Shown in pieces: positions 46,540 to 57,865 of a stretch of 64,000 bases of DNA. Numbering within the stretch: the first letter of the stretch is position 1; each line of letters starts with the position of its first letter. The stretch comes from a virus: the IMG/VR virus record IMGVR_UViG_3300028802_000008, positions 1 through 64,000 of that record. One strand, given 5' to 3'. The translations under genes and the position numbers were made by a program. The notes under the pieces are model-generated. The model was not told the origin of the DNA, did no database searches, and saw only the letters and a list, made by a program, of their open reading frames with translations.

Positions 46540-47736
46540 CTATCCAACTAGGGCGACACGTTTGGCAGATCCGGACATGGAGCCCAGACCCAGAGGAATG
46601 CTGAAGCTTGAAAGCAGGAACCGAGTCGGATCTCCGGGAGCCGAATCATCGATCAAAGTCTCCACGGCATCCCCGGCTTCCAGCCAGGGTGCGGCAATCG
46701 ATTCCAAGCTCATGTCGTATTGCTCCAGACCAGCCACCTTCAACAGAGACGTGGCGTTGGCCAGAGCAGTGGCGTTGTCCGGAACGGATTCACTTGGGAA
46801 CATGTTCATTCTCCGTCCCACCTTGGCAATCCTGGTCGGACTGTTCGCGTTGTTGTTCTCCGCTCGACCCATCACGAGAGCATTGTTGGTCGAACTCCCG
46901 TGGACGATCACATCGTTGAACATGAAGGCATCAGTCGTCGTTCGACTGAAGTTCACCAAGTTGGCATCCAGACCCGTGCGGAACGTATACGACACCGGAG
47001 CCGTGAACGGATCGACATTCGGTCGAAAGGTCAGATACCCCTGACCACTGAAGAACAATTCAAAGCCAATTCCCTGAGCCAAGCCTTCCATCACGTTCCA
47101 CCGCGTATCACCACGACTGTAAGGCATATCAGCCAAGAGGACGTTCGTCGTGGGAGCGAAGTTCTTCTTGGTGACACCCGCATTCGTAGCCATCGTGGAG
47201 ATCACCGTCCCCACATTCAGCCCAGCAGCGAAAGTAATCGTGTCCGGGAACTTGTCCATCATCAACTTCTTGGTGAAGTCGCGAGCCGTTACTTGCAGCG
47301 TCCGAGGGAAGTGTGGGCGCTGGATGTTGTCAGGAATGAACTCACCCATGTAGGTCATATAGAAGTCGCCATTGTCGAGGCGAATCCCCTTGCAGACATG
47401 AATGATCTTGTCGTACCAGAAGAATCCCGGACCATATCCGAGGTCTCCATCAGCATCGTTGAGAGTGATCTCCAGGTTCCGACGTTCCGATCGAGTCATG
47501 TCCACACTGACTGATCCGGATTCCACGGCAACATATTCGCGCCAAGGTGTCACATTGTCGGATTCGTAGATATCCGCCCAAGCCACCACCGTCACATGAT
47601 CAGCTTCAAACTGATCGATGATGTCGAAGGTTGGTGTGACGCCGTAGATGATGTTCGGTGGCTCGTAGATGGTCTCGCGGATTCCCTCTTGACCACCTTC
47701 ACCAAATCCTGGACGAGCGAAGAAGATTGTTGCCAT
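46540..47736 (-). CDS. Minor tail protein (hub-like)
   Basis: GSVSVD...RR...PWLEAGD; position in the tail module. Confidence 0.7.
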   Translation of the reverse strand: MATIFFARPGFGEGGQEGIRETIYEPPNIIYGVTPTFDIIDQFEADHVTVVAWADIYESDNVTPWREYVAVESGSVSVDMTRSERRNLEITLNDADGDLGYGPGFFWYDKIIHVCKGIRLDNGDFYMTYMGEFIPDNIQRPHFPRTLQVTARDFTKKLMMDKFPDTITFAAGLNVGTVISTMATNAGVTKKNFAPTTNVLLADMPYSRGDTRWNVMEGLAQGIGFELFFSGQGYLTFRPNVDPFTAPVSYTFRTGLDANLVNFSRTTTDAFMFNDVIVHGSSTNNALVMGRAENNNANSPTRIAKVGRRMNMFPSESVPDNATALANATSLLKVAGLEQYDMSLESIAAPWLEAGDAVETLIDDSAPGDPTRFLLSSFSIPLGLGSMSGSAKRVALVG

Positions 47737-48933
47737 CTACATCTGCCGAGAATAGAAGTTTACCACAAGGTCGCTGACGGACGTGAACGTGGGTGTTCCA
47801 CTCGTCACCAGCACCCCGAAGATGTTTGCTGTGGTCGTCGTGACGAACGGCATCTCGATGTCGCCCCCCACGAACCTTCCGGTGCAAGCCGAACCAGACG
47901 CCGTGTCGCGATAGTCGGCCGTAAGGAAATCAACATGACCAATCAGCAGAGCCGTATCCAAGCTGGCATCCAGCATGTCGAATGGAGCGTTGTCCGTTGA
48001 GACCAAGGTTGGAGTGAGGGTGAACAGCCACATCGTGAATGGTGCCTTCACCTTGGACTTGTCCACGATGAGGACGTTCCTGACGTACCCAGAACGACCA
48101 AGTGCCAACGTGGCATTCGTGAACGTCATGACGCCACCCACCTGATCGCCAGCGGTGTAGGGGGTCAACGTGATGGCCGGAGTCGCGCTGATCCTGATCA
48201 TTCTTTCGTGGACGACCGAGACGACAGCACCGTTGCGATCTGCCCACATCGGCACCATGTCGCCATCAGCACTCATCGCCACCGGCTGAATGTTGTTGGC
48301 GCGAGCACCGTTGTAGATCGGGTTACCGAGGACAGGGAGGTCAGTAGCAACTTGTCCGCCGACACCCGAATTGGTGTGAGTCGCAGCGATCGCCATCGCC
48401 CTCAAACGAACGTTGGCCGTGCCGCTCGTGAACGCTGTCGCACGAACACGAACTCGATCTGCACCAGCAGTGGGAATGATGCACAAGCTCACACCGTTGG
48501 TCGGAATGGCTTGAGTTGTGTTCACTGCGCCGTCCAAGACGTAGTGACCATTCACGGCCCACCAAGTCACACCATCATCTGCGGATGTCTCGTAAGCAAC
48601 GGTGAGACCGGCATACGTTCCACTGAAGTAGGCGTAGACGACGGCTGCACCTTCAGTTGTGATCACCACAGTTCCTGCTGTTGCCACAATGGTGGAAGTG
48701 ACGGACTCCATCAAGGCGTTGGGCGTCGATTGGAGTCGACCGTTGTGATCAACAGAAATGTCAGCGAGGTTCCCCGTGGGGTCATCCAAGACGCTCATGG
48801 AATCCCGACGCCGAGCCAGCAAGACATTCAACTGAGCGATTCCCGTGGCACCACTCTTTGTGATCTCGTCCCCGAGAACGTCATAGTCAGGCCCAGTCGT
48901 GCCGTTCTTGACGGTCACACTTTTAATGGTCAT
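47737..48933 (-). CDS. Minor tail or virion protein
   Basis: Tail-module context; beta-rich. Confidence 0.6.
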   Translation of the reverse strand: MTIKSVTVKNGTTGPDYDVLGDEITKSGATGIAQLNVLLARRRDSMSVLDDPTGNLADISVDHNGRLQSTPNALMESVTSTIVATAGTVVITTEGAAVVYAYFSGTYAGLTVAYETSADDGVTWWAVNGHYVLDGAVNTTQAIPTNGVSLCIIPTAGADRVRVRATAFTSGTANVRLRAMAIAATHTNSGVGGQVATDLPVLGNPIYNGARANNIQPVAMSADGDMVPMWADRNGAVVSVVHERMIRISATPAITLTPYTAGDQVGGVMTFTNATLALGRSGYVRNVLIVDKSKVKAPFTMWLFTLTPTLVSTDNAPFDMLDASLDTALLIGHVDFLTADYRDTASGSACTGRFVGGDIEMPFVTTTTANIFGVLVTSGTPTFTSVSDLVVNFYSRQM

Positions 48934-48942
48934 GCCAATCCT

Positions 48943-51348
48943 TTAAGCTGTGATCTCAGTGTAAGTAATATTGACGGTCGTCATTTCTGACAGCCCAACT
49001 CCAGCCAGGCGGGTGATGCGAGCACTTTCCAAACCCACGGACCACACATCCCCGAATGGGTTGCGAAGGAACAATTCACACCCGGAATCTCGCAGTTCCT
49101 CAAGGATCAACCTCTGAAGACGAGCCGACTGCTGTGGAACGTCGCGGAAGGTTGCCGTGAGAGATCCGGTGTATCCAAATCTTGTTCCATATTCCACACG
49201 ACGACCGCGACCAATCAACTTGGTCACAGCCATCTCCTGCTCATCCTCAAAGTCATCAGCAGTGACGTGGTGCAGAGTGAGGTTCATGTCCATTTCAGGA
49301 CACACGATTATGTATTGAGGGCAGTCACCGTAGAACGGGGAGATCGGGTAAGCCGACTCCACGTTTGCTCCCTGATTGAAGGAGACTTGAACGACTGAGT
49401 ATTCAAGGTTGGTTCGCGTCGGCGCAGAGTAATCGTTGAAGCTTCTCGTATCGACAGAGAAGAACGCCAACTCCTGCCACGTCATGTAGCCCTTCGGACG
49501 ACGAAGAACTCTCCAACCCACCCAAGCCGCATCTCGGGAACTATCAGACCAATCGAGAATCACCAATCCATACCCCCCGAATCGACTGGTATCCAACGTG
49601 AAGATAGGGGTAGCGGGAAGAAGGTAAGCGGAAGTGAAGTTGTTGGTGACCGTCCTTGTCAGCCCAGACGAATCCGTCACAACCAGGGTGACGGAATAAG
49701 GCTTATCCACCAGAACCACAGGATTTTCCAACCTGTAGGAAGTCGCGTTCCCCGACACAGTGCCTGAGTCAGCAACGACAAGCTGACCGTTCACGTCGGT
49801 GACGTACACTCGGTAGTTCACTTGAGTTCGACCCGCAGAAGCTGCGAAGCTCCATGTGATGGTCGGCTGAGCCGTGTTGATTACCTGACCGTTCGTCGGA
49901 GAGGTCAACGTCACCGTTGGAAGATCGCGCAGGAAGAATCCCTGATCGATGGAATAAGCACCGACGACGTTGTCCTGGTCGTAGACCCTGACACGCCAGC
50001 GAAGCTCCGTATCCTTCCAAGTGGCATCCAGCGCAGTCCAGGTGCCGGTCTGGCTCCCGGAGACGACGATTCCTGTCGTCTTGACGGTGCCCGGAGCGGA
50101 GGCCTTCCACAACTCGGCCTCATACTTGAGTTGGAAGTCCTGTGGATCTGGATCTTGGAACTGCCAGGTACCGATCGCCGTGTTGTTCGCCAAATAAGCG
50201 ATACTCGTGCCCGAACCAGGGAGACGATTAGCCGTGGTCGGTGGATGCGTGATGGCAAAGGAGACCACGGTGGAGAGGGCACTCACCACCCCGAACTCAT
50301 CCGTGGCCTTACATCGTAGATACCAAGTACCCTGAGGCAATCGTCCTGCGCCGTAGGTGGGAGTGAACGGCAGCGACTTACTCGTCTCGTAAGTCGTCTC
50401 AGCATAGGAAGCATAGGTCGCAGCGAAGTTGCTGGTGGTCGACAGTTCCCATGTTCGGATCATCTTGACACTGCTCGCCATAGCAGCGACCGTGGCATTG
50501 AACGTCGGCCGCGATGTCGTCTGCGTGGTGGTCGGAGCAACGTTCGTCGGCACCGACACCGGGATCGCCATCGTGAAGGCTGAGAATGCCGACCAGGCAC
50601 CCGCTGTCGTCTTGACGGCACCTGAACCGTTGTACGTCCTGACAAAGAAGCGATAAGCTGCACCGTTGCTGAGATCGCCACTGGAGAGCCAACTGGAAGT
50701 CGTACTCGTGACGACGCCGGAATCCACCGTGTTCGGTGACGTATCGACGTTGAACCCACCGACCGTGGCTTGAGCCAAAGTGAAGATCTTGACCTGGAAG
50801 CCAGCCTGCGTCCCACCCGTGGCCGCATCATTGTGTGTCCAGGTCAGCGTTGGACGACGACTGGTGGTCAGCCCCGTGGCGGCGAGAGCAGTCGGAGCAG
50901 TCGGGATTCCAAAGTAGGTGACATCCAGATACGCCTCGTAGAAGCGGGCAACAGTGTTCGCGCCCGTGACGTGGACCGAACCGAACACCTGCACGTCAGC
51001 CCCCGCCGACGTGACCGCCACCGGAGTGGTATTGACCGTGGTGTACTCAGTCGCCAGGCTCGCTGTGTGGGTGTGGTCGCTGTAGCCCGTGGCCAAAGCG
51101 AAGTAACAAGCCGTCGCGGTGCGAATGCCGAATCGCCGAGATGTCACCACGTTCCCAATCGGAACAGTGAAGTAATAACCGACGTATCCGTCCTGACCAT
51201 TCAGCGGAAGCCAGCCAGCCACGTTGGTGGTCTGCGTATACGAAGCATCCAGGTCGTCGCTAGCAGCCAGGATGTGGGTGGCAGCGCCGACCAGAACACC
51301 CGAAACGTCAGGTGTGACGTTGGTGGGTCGAAGAGTAGCTGTGGTCAT
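48943..51348 (-). CDS. Minor tail protein with Ig/FN3-like domains
   Basis: Repeated PTxTW...Y.F.VR patterns; follows the tape measure gene. Confidence 0.75.
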   Translation of the reverse strand: MTTATLRPTNVTPDVSGVLVGAATHILAASDDLDASYTQTTNVAGWLPLNGQDGYVGYYFTVPIGNVVTSRRFGIRTATACYFALATGYSDHTHTASLATEYTTVNTTPVAVTSAGADVQVFGSVHVTGANTVARFYEAYLDVTYFGIPTAPTALAATGLTTSRRPTLTWTHNDAATGGTQAGFQVKIFTLAQATVGGFNVDTSPNTVDSGVVTSTTSSWLSSGDLSNGAAYRFFVRTYNGSGAVKTTAGAWSAFSAFTMAIPVSVPTNVAPTTTQTTSRPTFNATVAAMASSVKMIRTWELSTTSNFAATYASYAETTYETSKSLPFTPTYGAGRLPQGTWYLRCKATDEFGVVSALSTVVSFAITHPPTTANRLPGSGTSIAYLANNTAIGTWQFQDPDPQDFQLKYEAELWKASAPGTVKTTGIVVSGSQTGTWTALDATWKDTELRWRVRVYDQDNVVGAYSIDQGFFLRDLPTVTLTSPTNGQVINTAQPTITWSFAASAGRTQVNYRVYVTDVNGQLVVADSGTVSGNATSYRLENPVVLVDKPYSVTLVVTDSSGLTRTVTNNFTSAYLLPATPIFTLDTSRFGGYGLVILDWSDSSRDAAWVGWRVLRRPKGYMTWQELAFFSVDTRSFNDYSAPTRTNLEYSVVQVSFNQGANVESAYPISPFYGDCPQYIIVCPEMDMNLTLHHVTADDFEDEQEMAVTKLIGRGRRVEYGTRFGYTGSLTATFRDVPQQSARLQRLILEELRDSGCELFLRNPFGDVWSVGLESARITRLAGVGLSEMTTVNITYTEITA

Positions 51349-54300
51349 CTCACTTGTCCCAGAGACTTGAGGTTGGTAATGAATCGATCAGCATCATGCG
51401 GATCTGTGATGTTCGGGAAGGACAGATCACCATAGAAGTTGAGCGTAACGTTCTCGCCACTCTCTGATTTGCCGTGCAGTGGCGTCACTTGAATAGCTTC
51501 ATCATGCAATCCTTCGCCCACCCTCAGGAGGGTTCCTCCATTGGTGCGAGGAACAACCAGTCCGCCGCGAGCAAGGGCGGCATGGACGTGGTTGATGTGC
51601 TCACGCATGAGAGCAGGAGAGAAGCTGTGATCCGCTCCCCGGAAGACGTTCGTCGCCCCCGGTCCACCGTAAATCAGTTCCTTCAATTGAGGCTTGAAGG
51701 CGCGGTAGATGGCATGGTTGATATCCAACAAGTCATGAGGACTGTAGTTGATCATGCCCGACGGCCCCGAAAGGTCGATGGCTCGATCCTTGCCGTGCCA
51801 AGAAGGCTGACCAGTGTTTCGGGTGATAGCTCCGGGGCGGTAGGTGCTCAGAATCTTGTACGGAATTCCCAACGCCTGAAGGACTGGAGGAATGGCCCTC
51901 CACGAACCTGCCCCCGCCTCCACCTGAGGAGGCAATCGCTTGCTTGCTTCCTCATTCCAAGCATTGTCTGCTCCCGTGATCCAGTCATTGACTGCATTCA
52001 GTACGCCTTGTCCTGAATCCTTGAGGAACTTATTGGGAATGCGATTGACAGCTTGCTGAGCAAGCCAGTGAGCAGGATTCCAGAGAGTCTCAATAGCTTT
52101 GTCCTTGAGGAATCCTGTCACCTTGCCGATACCGCTCTTCGCTGCATTGAACCCATTTTTGACGATGTCGCCGATGCCAAAGAGGTCCATGTTGGAATAA
52201 CCCTGCTCATCTTCACCGAACACATGTCCGAGTTCGGAGTAGAGGCCGCGAGCACGCTGACGATACTTGGGATCGGTCGGGATGACGAACTCGGGGAAGA
52301 TGTTCGATCCTTCGCCCACCAGAGCGCGCATTCCGGCAACGGCACCACCCTCTTCGCCAACCACACCACCCTTGGCGAACCGCGGTACGGCTCCACCCGA
52401 GCCGCCGCCGCCGCCATTCACTGCTGCATCGGATTCTCCCGTATCGAAGTTCCATTTGAGGGCATTCAGGCTGACTGGGTCCATATGGCTGACTTTGTGG
52501 CCAATGCCCAACAGGGACGCCACAGCATTCACCGCATCGGCAACCAAGTTGAACGCACCGATGAATCCGTTGATACCGCCAGCGATCGTGTCCAGAATTC
52601 CGTTCCAAACCCCAGAGATAAGCGATCCGATCGCCTCCATGATCGGCTTGATGACACTGTTGTAGAGCCATCTCAGCGCAGCCTGAACAGGAGTCAATAT
52701 CTCCTGGAATCCAGCGAAGATTCCTCTGATCGCGTCGTAACCAATTTGAACGATCGACGTGATCGCATTCATCACCGGCTGCATGACGTTGTCCCTCAGC
52801 CAGTTCATAGCGGGGGTGATCAAGTTGTCAACAACCCACCTGACCTGATCTCCAAACCATCTGAAGGCTGGCACCACAAGCGTATCGATGATGTAGTCGA
52901 TGGCAGTGAAGATCTCTTCCATGACAGCCCACATCCCCTGGATGGCTTTCCAGACGATGTCGGCAACGTCAACAACCCTGTCACGAAACCAATCAAATGC
53001 CTTGACAACGACGTTCCTGATTATCCAGTCCAGGATGTCGAAGACATCTGTGATGAAATCCACCATGATCCCGATGGCAGTGGAAATCCATCCCGCGACA
53101 TCGTCAATGTGGTCCCATACCAATCCGAAGACATCGATGAGAAGGTGGAGATAGTCCACCCAGAGATCGAAGTATTCCTGAATGATCCACCAAGCCGCCT
53201 GGATGATCTTCCAAATAAGTGTGAACACGATCTCCACAGTGACGAAGATCAACTGCAAGATCGGAATGATGTACCCATCGATGTAGCCCCAGAGAGTCTG
53301 GAAGATCGGGTAAATGATATTCCAAGCTGCCATGATGGCTCCGGAGATCGCTCCCCAGACCGTCGCAAAGACATCGACCAATCCTCCCACTACGGAAGCA
53401 ATGGCACCGAATACCGGCATGATCACGCTGTTCCAAATGGTGCTGAGAACTCCTCCGACGCCCCGGAAGAAACCGATGACCGCTCCCACTACGCCGCGGA
53501 AGAAGCCCCAGATGGCCGAACCCAGATCAGTGAAGAAGTCCCATATCGACGTAGAGAAATCGACAGTAGACCCACCCAGAGAAGCGAAGAAGTCAGCTAC
53601 CGGCTGAACAAGATTATCCATCAACCATTGACCGATGCCCAGGAGCACATCGTACATCGGCTTCAAGATGTGGTCATAAGTCCACTTCGCTACGGGGCCA
53701 GCGACGTAGGCGATCGCCGCGCCGAGGGCTGCGGCGATCAGAGGACCGAATGGACCGAACACAAGGATGAGCACTGCCGCCAAAGCACCGATCAACAACT
53801 GTGGCCAATGCTGCTTCATCCAGTCAGGAATAGACTTGAAGACTTCAATAGCCTTATCTTTCCACCCCTTGAGCTTGTCGATGCTGTCTCCGAATGCGGC
53901 GAAGATATCGAAGTCGCCCATTTTCTTCATTGCTTCATCGATCTCAGTTTCCAACTCCTTGTTGAAAGCCTCGATGTCAAACAGATCACCCTCGCGACCG
54001 AGAGTCGAATCTCCACCAGCAACGTCGAAGTCGACTCCTTCACCGGCAGCAAAGAGACTTTCCTCATCACCCTTCTTGGTCTTTTCGATGTTGGCCGCGG
54101 TCTCAGCCATCGAGATGTAGTCCGCCATCTCGGATTCCATCTCAGAGATCAAGTCTTTGATGTCTCGATACGCATCTTCAAGTTGATCCAACTTGGTCTG
54201 CTCAATATCAAGCTGGTCACCCACCAACTCCTGCGCCGCAGCAGCTTCCTTGGCGACCGCCTGTGCTTCTTTCTGCTTCTGCACCAATCCGTCGTATTGT

Positions 54301-57020
54301 GGTTGAAGTTCATTAACAATCTTCTGCTGTTCAGTGATACCCGCGATGATCTCATCGAAAGTCAACTCTTCAACGCCATTGACCATCTGATCGATCTCAC
54401 GAACCAGCGGATCGAATGTGATGGACTTCGTCAGGTCAAGGAATCGACCCTCCAGATCCAACTCATCAAGTTGATCCTGAATAGCCTGGATCTCATTCTG
54501 AGAATCCTGGAGTCCACCCTTCTGATCCTCCAGAGCCTTGATCTGCTCATCGTAAGCACCGAGAACATCGGAGCCAGCCCCCGCCAATCGGAGGTCTTCG
54601 CGCTTGCCTCGCAGCATCTCGATGTCCGCGTTGAGTGCTGCCCATTTCTCTTGGATCTTTTCGATCGATGTCCCGGCTCGCTCAAACTCCAAGAGCCTCA
54701 AGTTGAGAACATTCTGCGCCTGAGAGTTGGCGAAGATCTGATCTTCCATGTCCCTCATGCCAGCGATAGGAGCACTGGCGAAATCGTTCAGCTTGCTCTT
54801 GGCAGCGTCCAGTCGCTCCCCAACAGCGTCCAACTCGTCCGTGATGGCATCGACCACATCATTGGCCTCGTCCATTCGTTGGGTCGCGGCGTCGTAGGCA
54901 CGGCTCAGATCGTCCACGATCCGGCTCTGTGCCTCGATTTCGACGGTCAACGGCTCCAATGCGGCGTACAACTCGTCAATGCTGTCCGCCATCACCGCAG
55001 CGGCGTTTCCAGCAGCCGGGTTCATTGCCGTGATCTTCGCCACATCAGCATCAGTCTTGGTGCGCCGGAACCCGGTGATGTCATTGCTGGCAACGGCCCG
55101 GAACGCTCCCAGCGACGCCATCGCCCGAGCCACGGTGGCCGGAATCGACTTCAACCGATCGTACTCATCCAGGATGGTCGACACACCCGCCCTCACGTTG
55201 TCGACCAGCGACGGTGAGTGACGAGCAAAAGGATTCAGGTACGACAGAAGATCAACCACAACTTCCATCGCCCGCCCCAGAACGTGGATAACGTTCGTGA
55301 AGACCTCCGCCATGATGGAAGGCAATTCAGCAATGGCATCCACGATGCTCTGGAAGACCCGAATGAAGGGGTCTTCGATGTCTGTCGTGAGAACCAAGGC
55401 AATGGCCGCGGCAACAGCAACGATGATGGCGAGCACAGCCCAGACCGGAATACCGAGAGTGCCAGCAATAGCGCCAACGATCGTCCACAGACCCGTCAGG
55501 ATCGGCTGCACCACCAGCTTGTAGAATTGGATACCGATGTACCTGAAGGCTCTGGCCAACGTCTTGGCTCGTCTCCACACCAACGTACTGAAGACATCAA
55601 TGACTGCCATGAGGTTCAGCAACGACCCAATGACGATCAGAATCGGACCAACGATCGCGACGAGCGCCAGCCCGTACAAGATGATCCCTCGGGTCTTGGG
55701 GCTCAACTTGGCGAAGGCATCCGCCAACTGACGGATGAAGTTCACGATGTTCATGATGACCGGGATCAACGGTATGAAGGCCGACGCCATCGAGTTCTTG
55801 ATCGAATTGGTCATGATGTCCCACTTTTTAGGGTTGGAATCAAGAACCTGCATCAACTCTTTCTGATACTGCTCCGCGTCATCTACTGGGCCGTTGGCCG
55901 CTTCCATCGCTTTGGCGAAGTATCCGGTGGAGGACGACACGTCATCCATCAGAACGTCGAAGCGCGAGACCTGCCACCGGGACGCGATCGTGCTGGAAGC
56001 AATTCCTCTCTGAGCCGTGGAGAGATTGTCCCACTGACCCGCAAGCATCTTAATCTTCTGAGTGGCAGTGGCACCCAGCCAGGAGGGATCGGAGACCGTA
56101 AACCCAATCTCCTTCAAGACATCAACTGTCTCCTGCGTGGGATCTTGCAACCGAGAGAAGATCGTCTTGAGGGCGTTACCGGCTTGAGCCGCACTGCCTG
56201 TCGCCGGAACGAGAGCCGCAGCGAACCCCGCCAATTCATCAATCGTCACACCAGCAGAACGAGCAGAACCGCTGGCTCGCTGAAAGACCTCCACCAAGCC
56301 CGCCATCGTGATGCCGGTCTCGTTTTCCACGATGTTCATGATCGACATCGCCTTGTGGAGTTCACTCACTCCACCAGCAGCGTCATAAGTCGACAGACGC
56401 CATTGGGCTTGGATCGCGATCAAGGCCTCCGTGGCTGAGGCCGCGTCCATCTCACCCAGAATCATGAGTTCCAAGGTGGCCCTGGTGTTCTCTGCGAGCC
56501 CTCGACCAGACGAACCAGCCGATGCCCAGGCAGCGCCGATGTCGATGACATCGGTCTGGAGTACGCCGAACCGTGTGCTCAAAAGCTCAAACGATTTGGA
56601 CAAAGCCTCGGTCTCAGCCTTGAGCACGTTCTGATCTTCACCCAGGTTGCCATAGACCTTACGGACCTGAGTCATGGATCTCTCAAGGTCCATGTTGAAC
56701 GAGAACAACGCCTTCCCCGCCAATACCAACGGGAGGGTAAAGTTGAACGCCAACTGACGCCCAACCCAAGTCATGTTCTTGCCCGCTTTACTCAGGGCAT
56801 TGTTCGCCAACAGACTAGAGAAGCTCTGCTGAGCTTTTACCGCTTCTCGGAGCTTACCCAAGTAAGCACCCATGCCCGAAGCATTGGCACTCAACCCTTT
56901 GGCGTTTGCTCCCAGCGCACCACCAGCACCGATCGCCTTTGCAGCGGCAGCGGTGGCAGCGAGTTGAGCTTGCGCCTGCTTCGCTGCCACCCTGACGACG
57001 ATGTTGAGAGTTGCGTTCAT
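51345..57020 (-). CDS. Tape measure protein
   Basis: 1891 aa; TP901-like core (GNALKTIF), coiled coil, Trp-periodic repeats and GEG..PEFVIP. Confidence 0.93.
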   Translation of the reverse strand: MNATLNIVVRVAAKQAQAQLAATAAAAKAIGAGGALGANAKGLSANASGMGAYLGKLREAVKAQQSFSSLLANNALSKAGKNMTWVGRQLAFNFTLPLVLAGKALFSFNMDLERSMTQVRKVYGNLGEDQNVLKAETEALSKSFELLSTRFGVLQTDVIDIGAAWASAGSSGRGLAENTRATLELMILGEMDAASATEALIAIQAQWRLSTYDAAGGVSELHKAMSIMNIVENETGITMAGLVEVFQRASGSARSAGVTIDELAGFAAALVPATGSAAQAGNALKTIFSRLQDPTQETVDVLKEIGFTVSDPSWLGATATQKIKMLAGQWDNLSTAQRGIASSTIASRWQVSRFDVLMDDVSSSTGYFAKAMEAANGPVDDAEQYQKELMQVLDSNPKKWDIMTNSIKNSMASAFIPLIPVIMNIVNFIRQLADAFAKLSPKTRGIILYGLALVAIVGPILIVIGSLLNLMAVIDVFSTLVWRRAKTLARAFRYIGIQFYKLVVQPILTGLWTIVGAIAGTLGIPVWAVLAIIVAVAAAIALVLTTDIEDPFIRVFQSIVDAIAELPSIMAEVFTNVIHVLGRAMEVVVDLLSYLNPFARHSPSLVDNVRAGVSTILDEYDRLKSIPATVARAMASLGAFRAVASNDITGFRRTKTDADVAKITAMNPAAGNAAAVMADSIDELYAALEPLTVEIEAQSRIVDDLSRAYDAATQRMDEANDVVDAITDELDAVGERLDAAKSKLNDFASAPIAGMRDMEDQIFANSQAQNVLNLRLLEFERAGTSIEKIQEKWAALNADIEMLRGKREDLRLAGAGSDVLGAYDEQIKALEDQKGGLQDSQNEIQAIQDQLDELDLEGRFLDLTKSITFDPLVREIDQMVNGVEELTFDEIIAGITEQQKIVNELQPQYDGLVQKQKEAQAVAKEAAAAQELVGDQLDIEQTKLDQLEDAYRDIKDLISEMESEMADYISMAETAANIEKTKKGDEESLFAAGEGVDFDVAGGDSTLGREGDLFDIEAFNKELETEIDEAMKKMGDFDIFAAFGDSIDKLKGWKDKAIEVFKSIPDWMKQHWPQLLIGALAAVLILVFGPFGPLIAAALGAAIAYVAGPVAKWTYDHILKPMYDVLLGIGQWLMDNLVQPVADFFASLGGSTVDFSTSIWDFFTDLGSAIWGFFRGVVGAVIGFFRGVGGVLSTIWNSVIMPVFGAIASVVGGLVDVFATVWGAISGAIMAAWNIIYPIFQTLWGYIDGYIIPILQLIFVTVEIVFTLIWKIIQAAWWIIQEYFDLWVDYLHLLIDVFGLVWDHIDDVAGWISTAIGIMVDFITDVFDILDWIIRNVVVKAFDWFRDRVVDVADIVWKAIQGMWAVMEEIFTAIDYIIDTLVVPAFRWFGDQVRWVVDNLITPAMNWLRDNVMQPVMNAITSIVQIGYDAIRGIFAGFQEILTPVQAALRWLYNSVIKPIMEAIGSLISGVWNGILDTIAGGINGFIGAFNLVADAVNAVASLLGIGHKVSHMDPVSLNALKWNFDTGESDAAVNGGGGGSGGAVPRFAKGGVVGEEGGAVAGMRALVGEGSNIFPEFVIPTDPKYRQRARGLYSELGHVFGEDEQGYSNMDLFGIGDIVKNGFNAAKSGIGKVTGFLKDKAIETLWNPAHWLAQQAVNRIPNKFLKDSGQGVLNAVNDWITGADNAWNEEASKRLPPQVEAGAGSWRAIPPVLQALGIPYKILSTYRPGAITRNTGQPSWHGKDRAIDLSGPSGMINYSPHDLLDINHAIYRAFKPQLKELIYGGPGATNVFRGADHSFSPALMREHINHVHAALARGGLVVPRTNGGTLLRVGEGLHDEAIQVTPLHGKSESGENVTLNFYGDLSFPNITDPHDADRFITNLKSLGQVR

Positions 57021-57023
57021 GGT

Positions 57024-57272
57024 CTACTTCCTGCGAGCCTTCCGGGCATCCATCGCCTGCTGGCGAGCCCTTGCTTTGTTGTTGATCCTGTCGATCATGA
57101 CAAAATCATCAAGCAATGCCGGTTGCTGATCGTAGATCCCACCGGCCACCGGCAGATGAGCCCACTTCATGGACTGACATTGGAGGTAGAGCCTCAGGGA
57201 CTCATGAACTCGACCCTCTACGGGTTTTTGATTGAAGTACGACTCCGCTTGAGCCTCTAGGACTCTTTTCCC
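57024..57272 (-). CDS. Tail assembly chaperone, -1 frameshift extension
   Basis: GGGAAAA slippery site (57272-57266); the -1 frame is open (...LPVAGGIYDQ...) to a TAG just before the tape measure ATG. Confidence 0.85.
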   Translation of the reverse strand, partial: GKRVLEAQAESYFNQKPVEGRVHESLRLYLQCQSMKWAHLPVAGGIYDQQPALLDDFVMIDRINNKARARQQAMDARKARRK

Positions 57273-57820
57273 TCGGCCTCTTTCAACTTCGTCTCAAGCA
57301 TCTCCTCAAGGTCGGAGATCTGTTCGCGGATGTCCTCGATCGTGACATCACCCAGCAGCCAGGGATTCTTCTCCCTGACATCCTTCTCGATCACGTCGAT
57401 GACTCTCGGTGGAGCCGACTCCAGGAACCTGGCAAGATTCTGACCAGTGAAGTTGATGGGAACCAGTTCCCCATCCTTGTTCTTGGTCATGAGGTTCCAG
57501 CCGACGATGGCCTGCTTCAGCAGCGAATGTCGCTCATCGCCGGTCGCCATCTTCATGTAGGCGTCGCCGCCCTTCTGAAGACGAACCTCACGGTTCACCT
57601 GATTCATGTACGACCGGCGAGCGCCCTCATTCAGAACCTGATGGTCGATGTACGACTTGCCATCCGGAAGCTGCACACGGTGGACAACCTCAAAGCCGAA
57701 GTAGTCAACCTGGGTGTATTCGTCAAGCGATACCCCGGCTTCCTTCATCGCCTCCAGTGTCCGTTGCTGACGTTCCTGTTCGGCGATCTCTGCGGCTTCG
57801 GTGTCGATATCTGTTTCCAT
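57257..57820 (-). CDS. Tail assembly chaperone
   Basis: Between the major tail and tape measure genes; IVGWNL. Confidence 0.8.
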   Translation of the reverse strand: METDIDTEAAEIAEQERQQRTLEAMKEAGVSLDEYTQVDYFGFEVVHRVQLPDGKSYIDHQVLNEGARRSYMNQVNREVRLQKGGDAYMKMATGDERHSLLKQAIVGWNLMTKNKDGELVPINFTGQNLARFLESAPPRVIDVIEKDVREKNPWLLGDVTIEDIREQISDLEEMLETKLKEAEGKES

Positions 57821-57865
57821 AGTAGAGCCTCCTGTGCTCTTGTGGTTTGTTGTGAATCTTGCGGA

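Noticed and set aside
52053-56438. Long + strand ORFs (1054 aa and 406 aa)
   Set aside because: Antisense shadows of the tape measure gene, expected with high-GC codon bias; no RBS or recognisable motifs.
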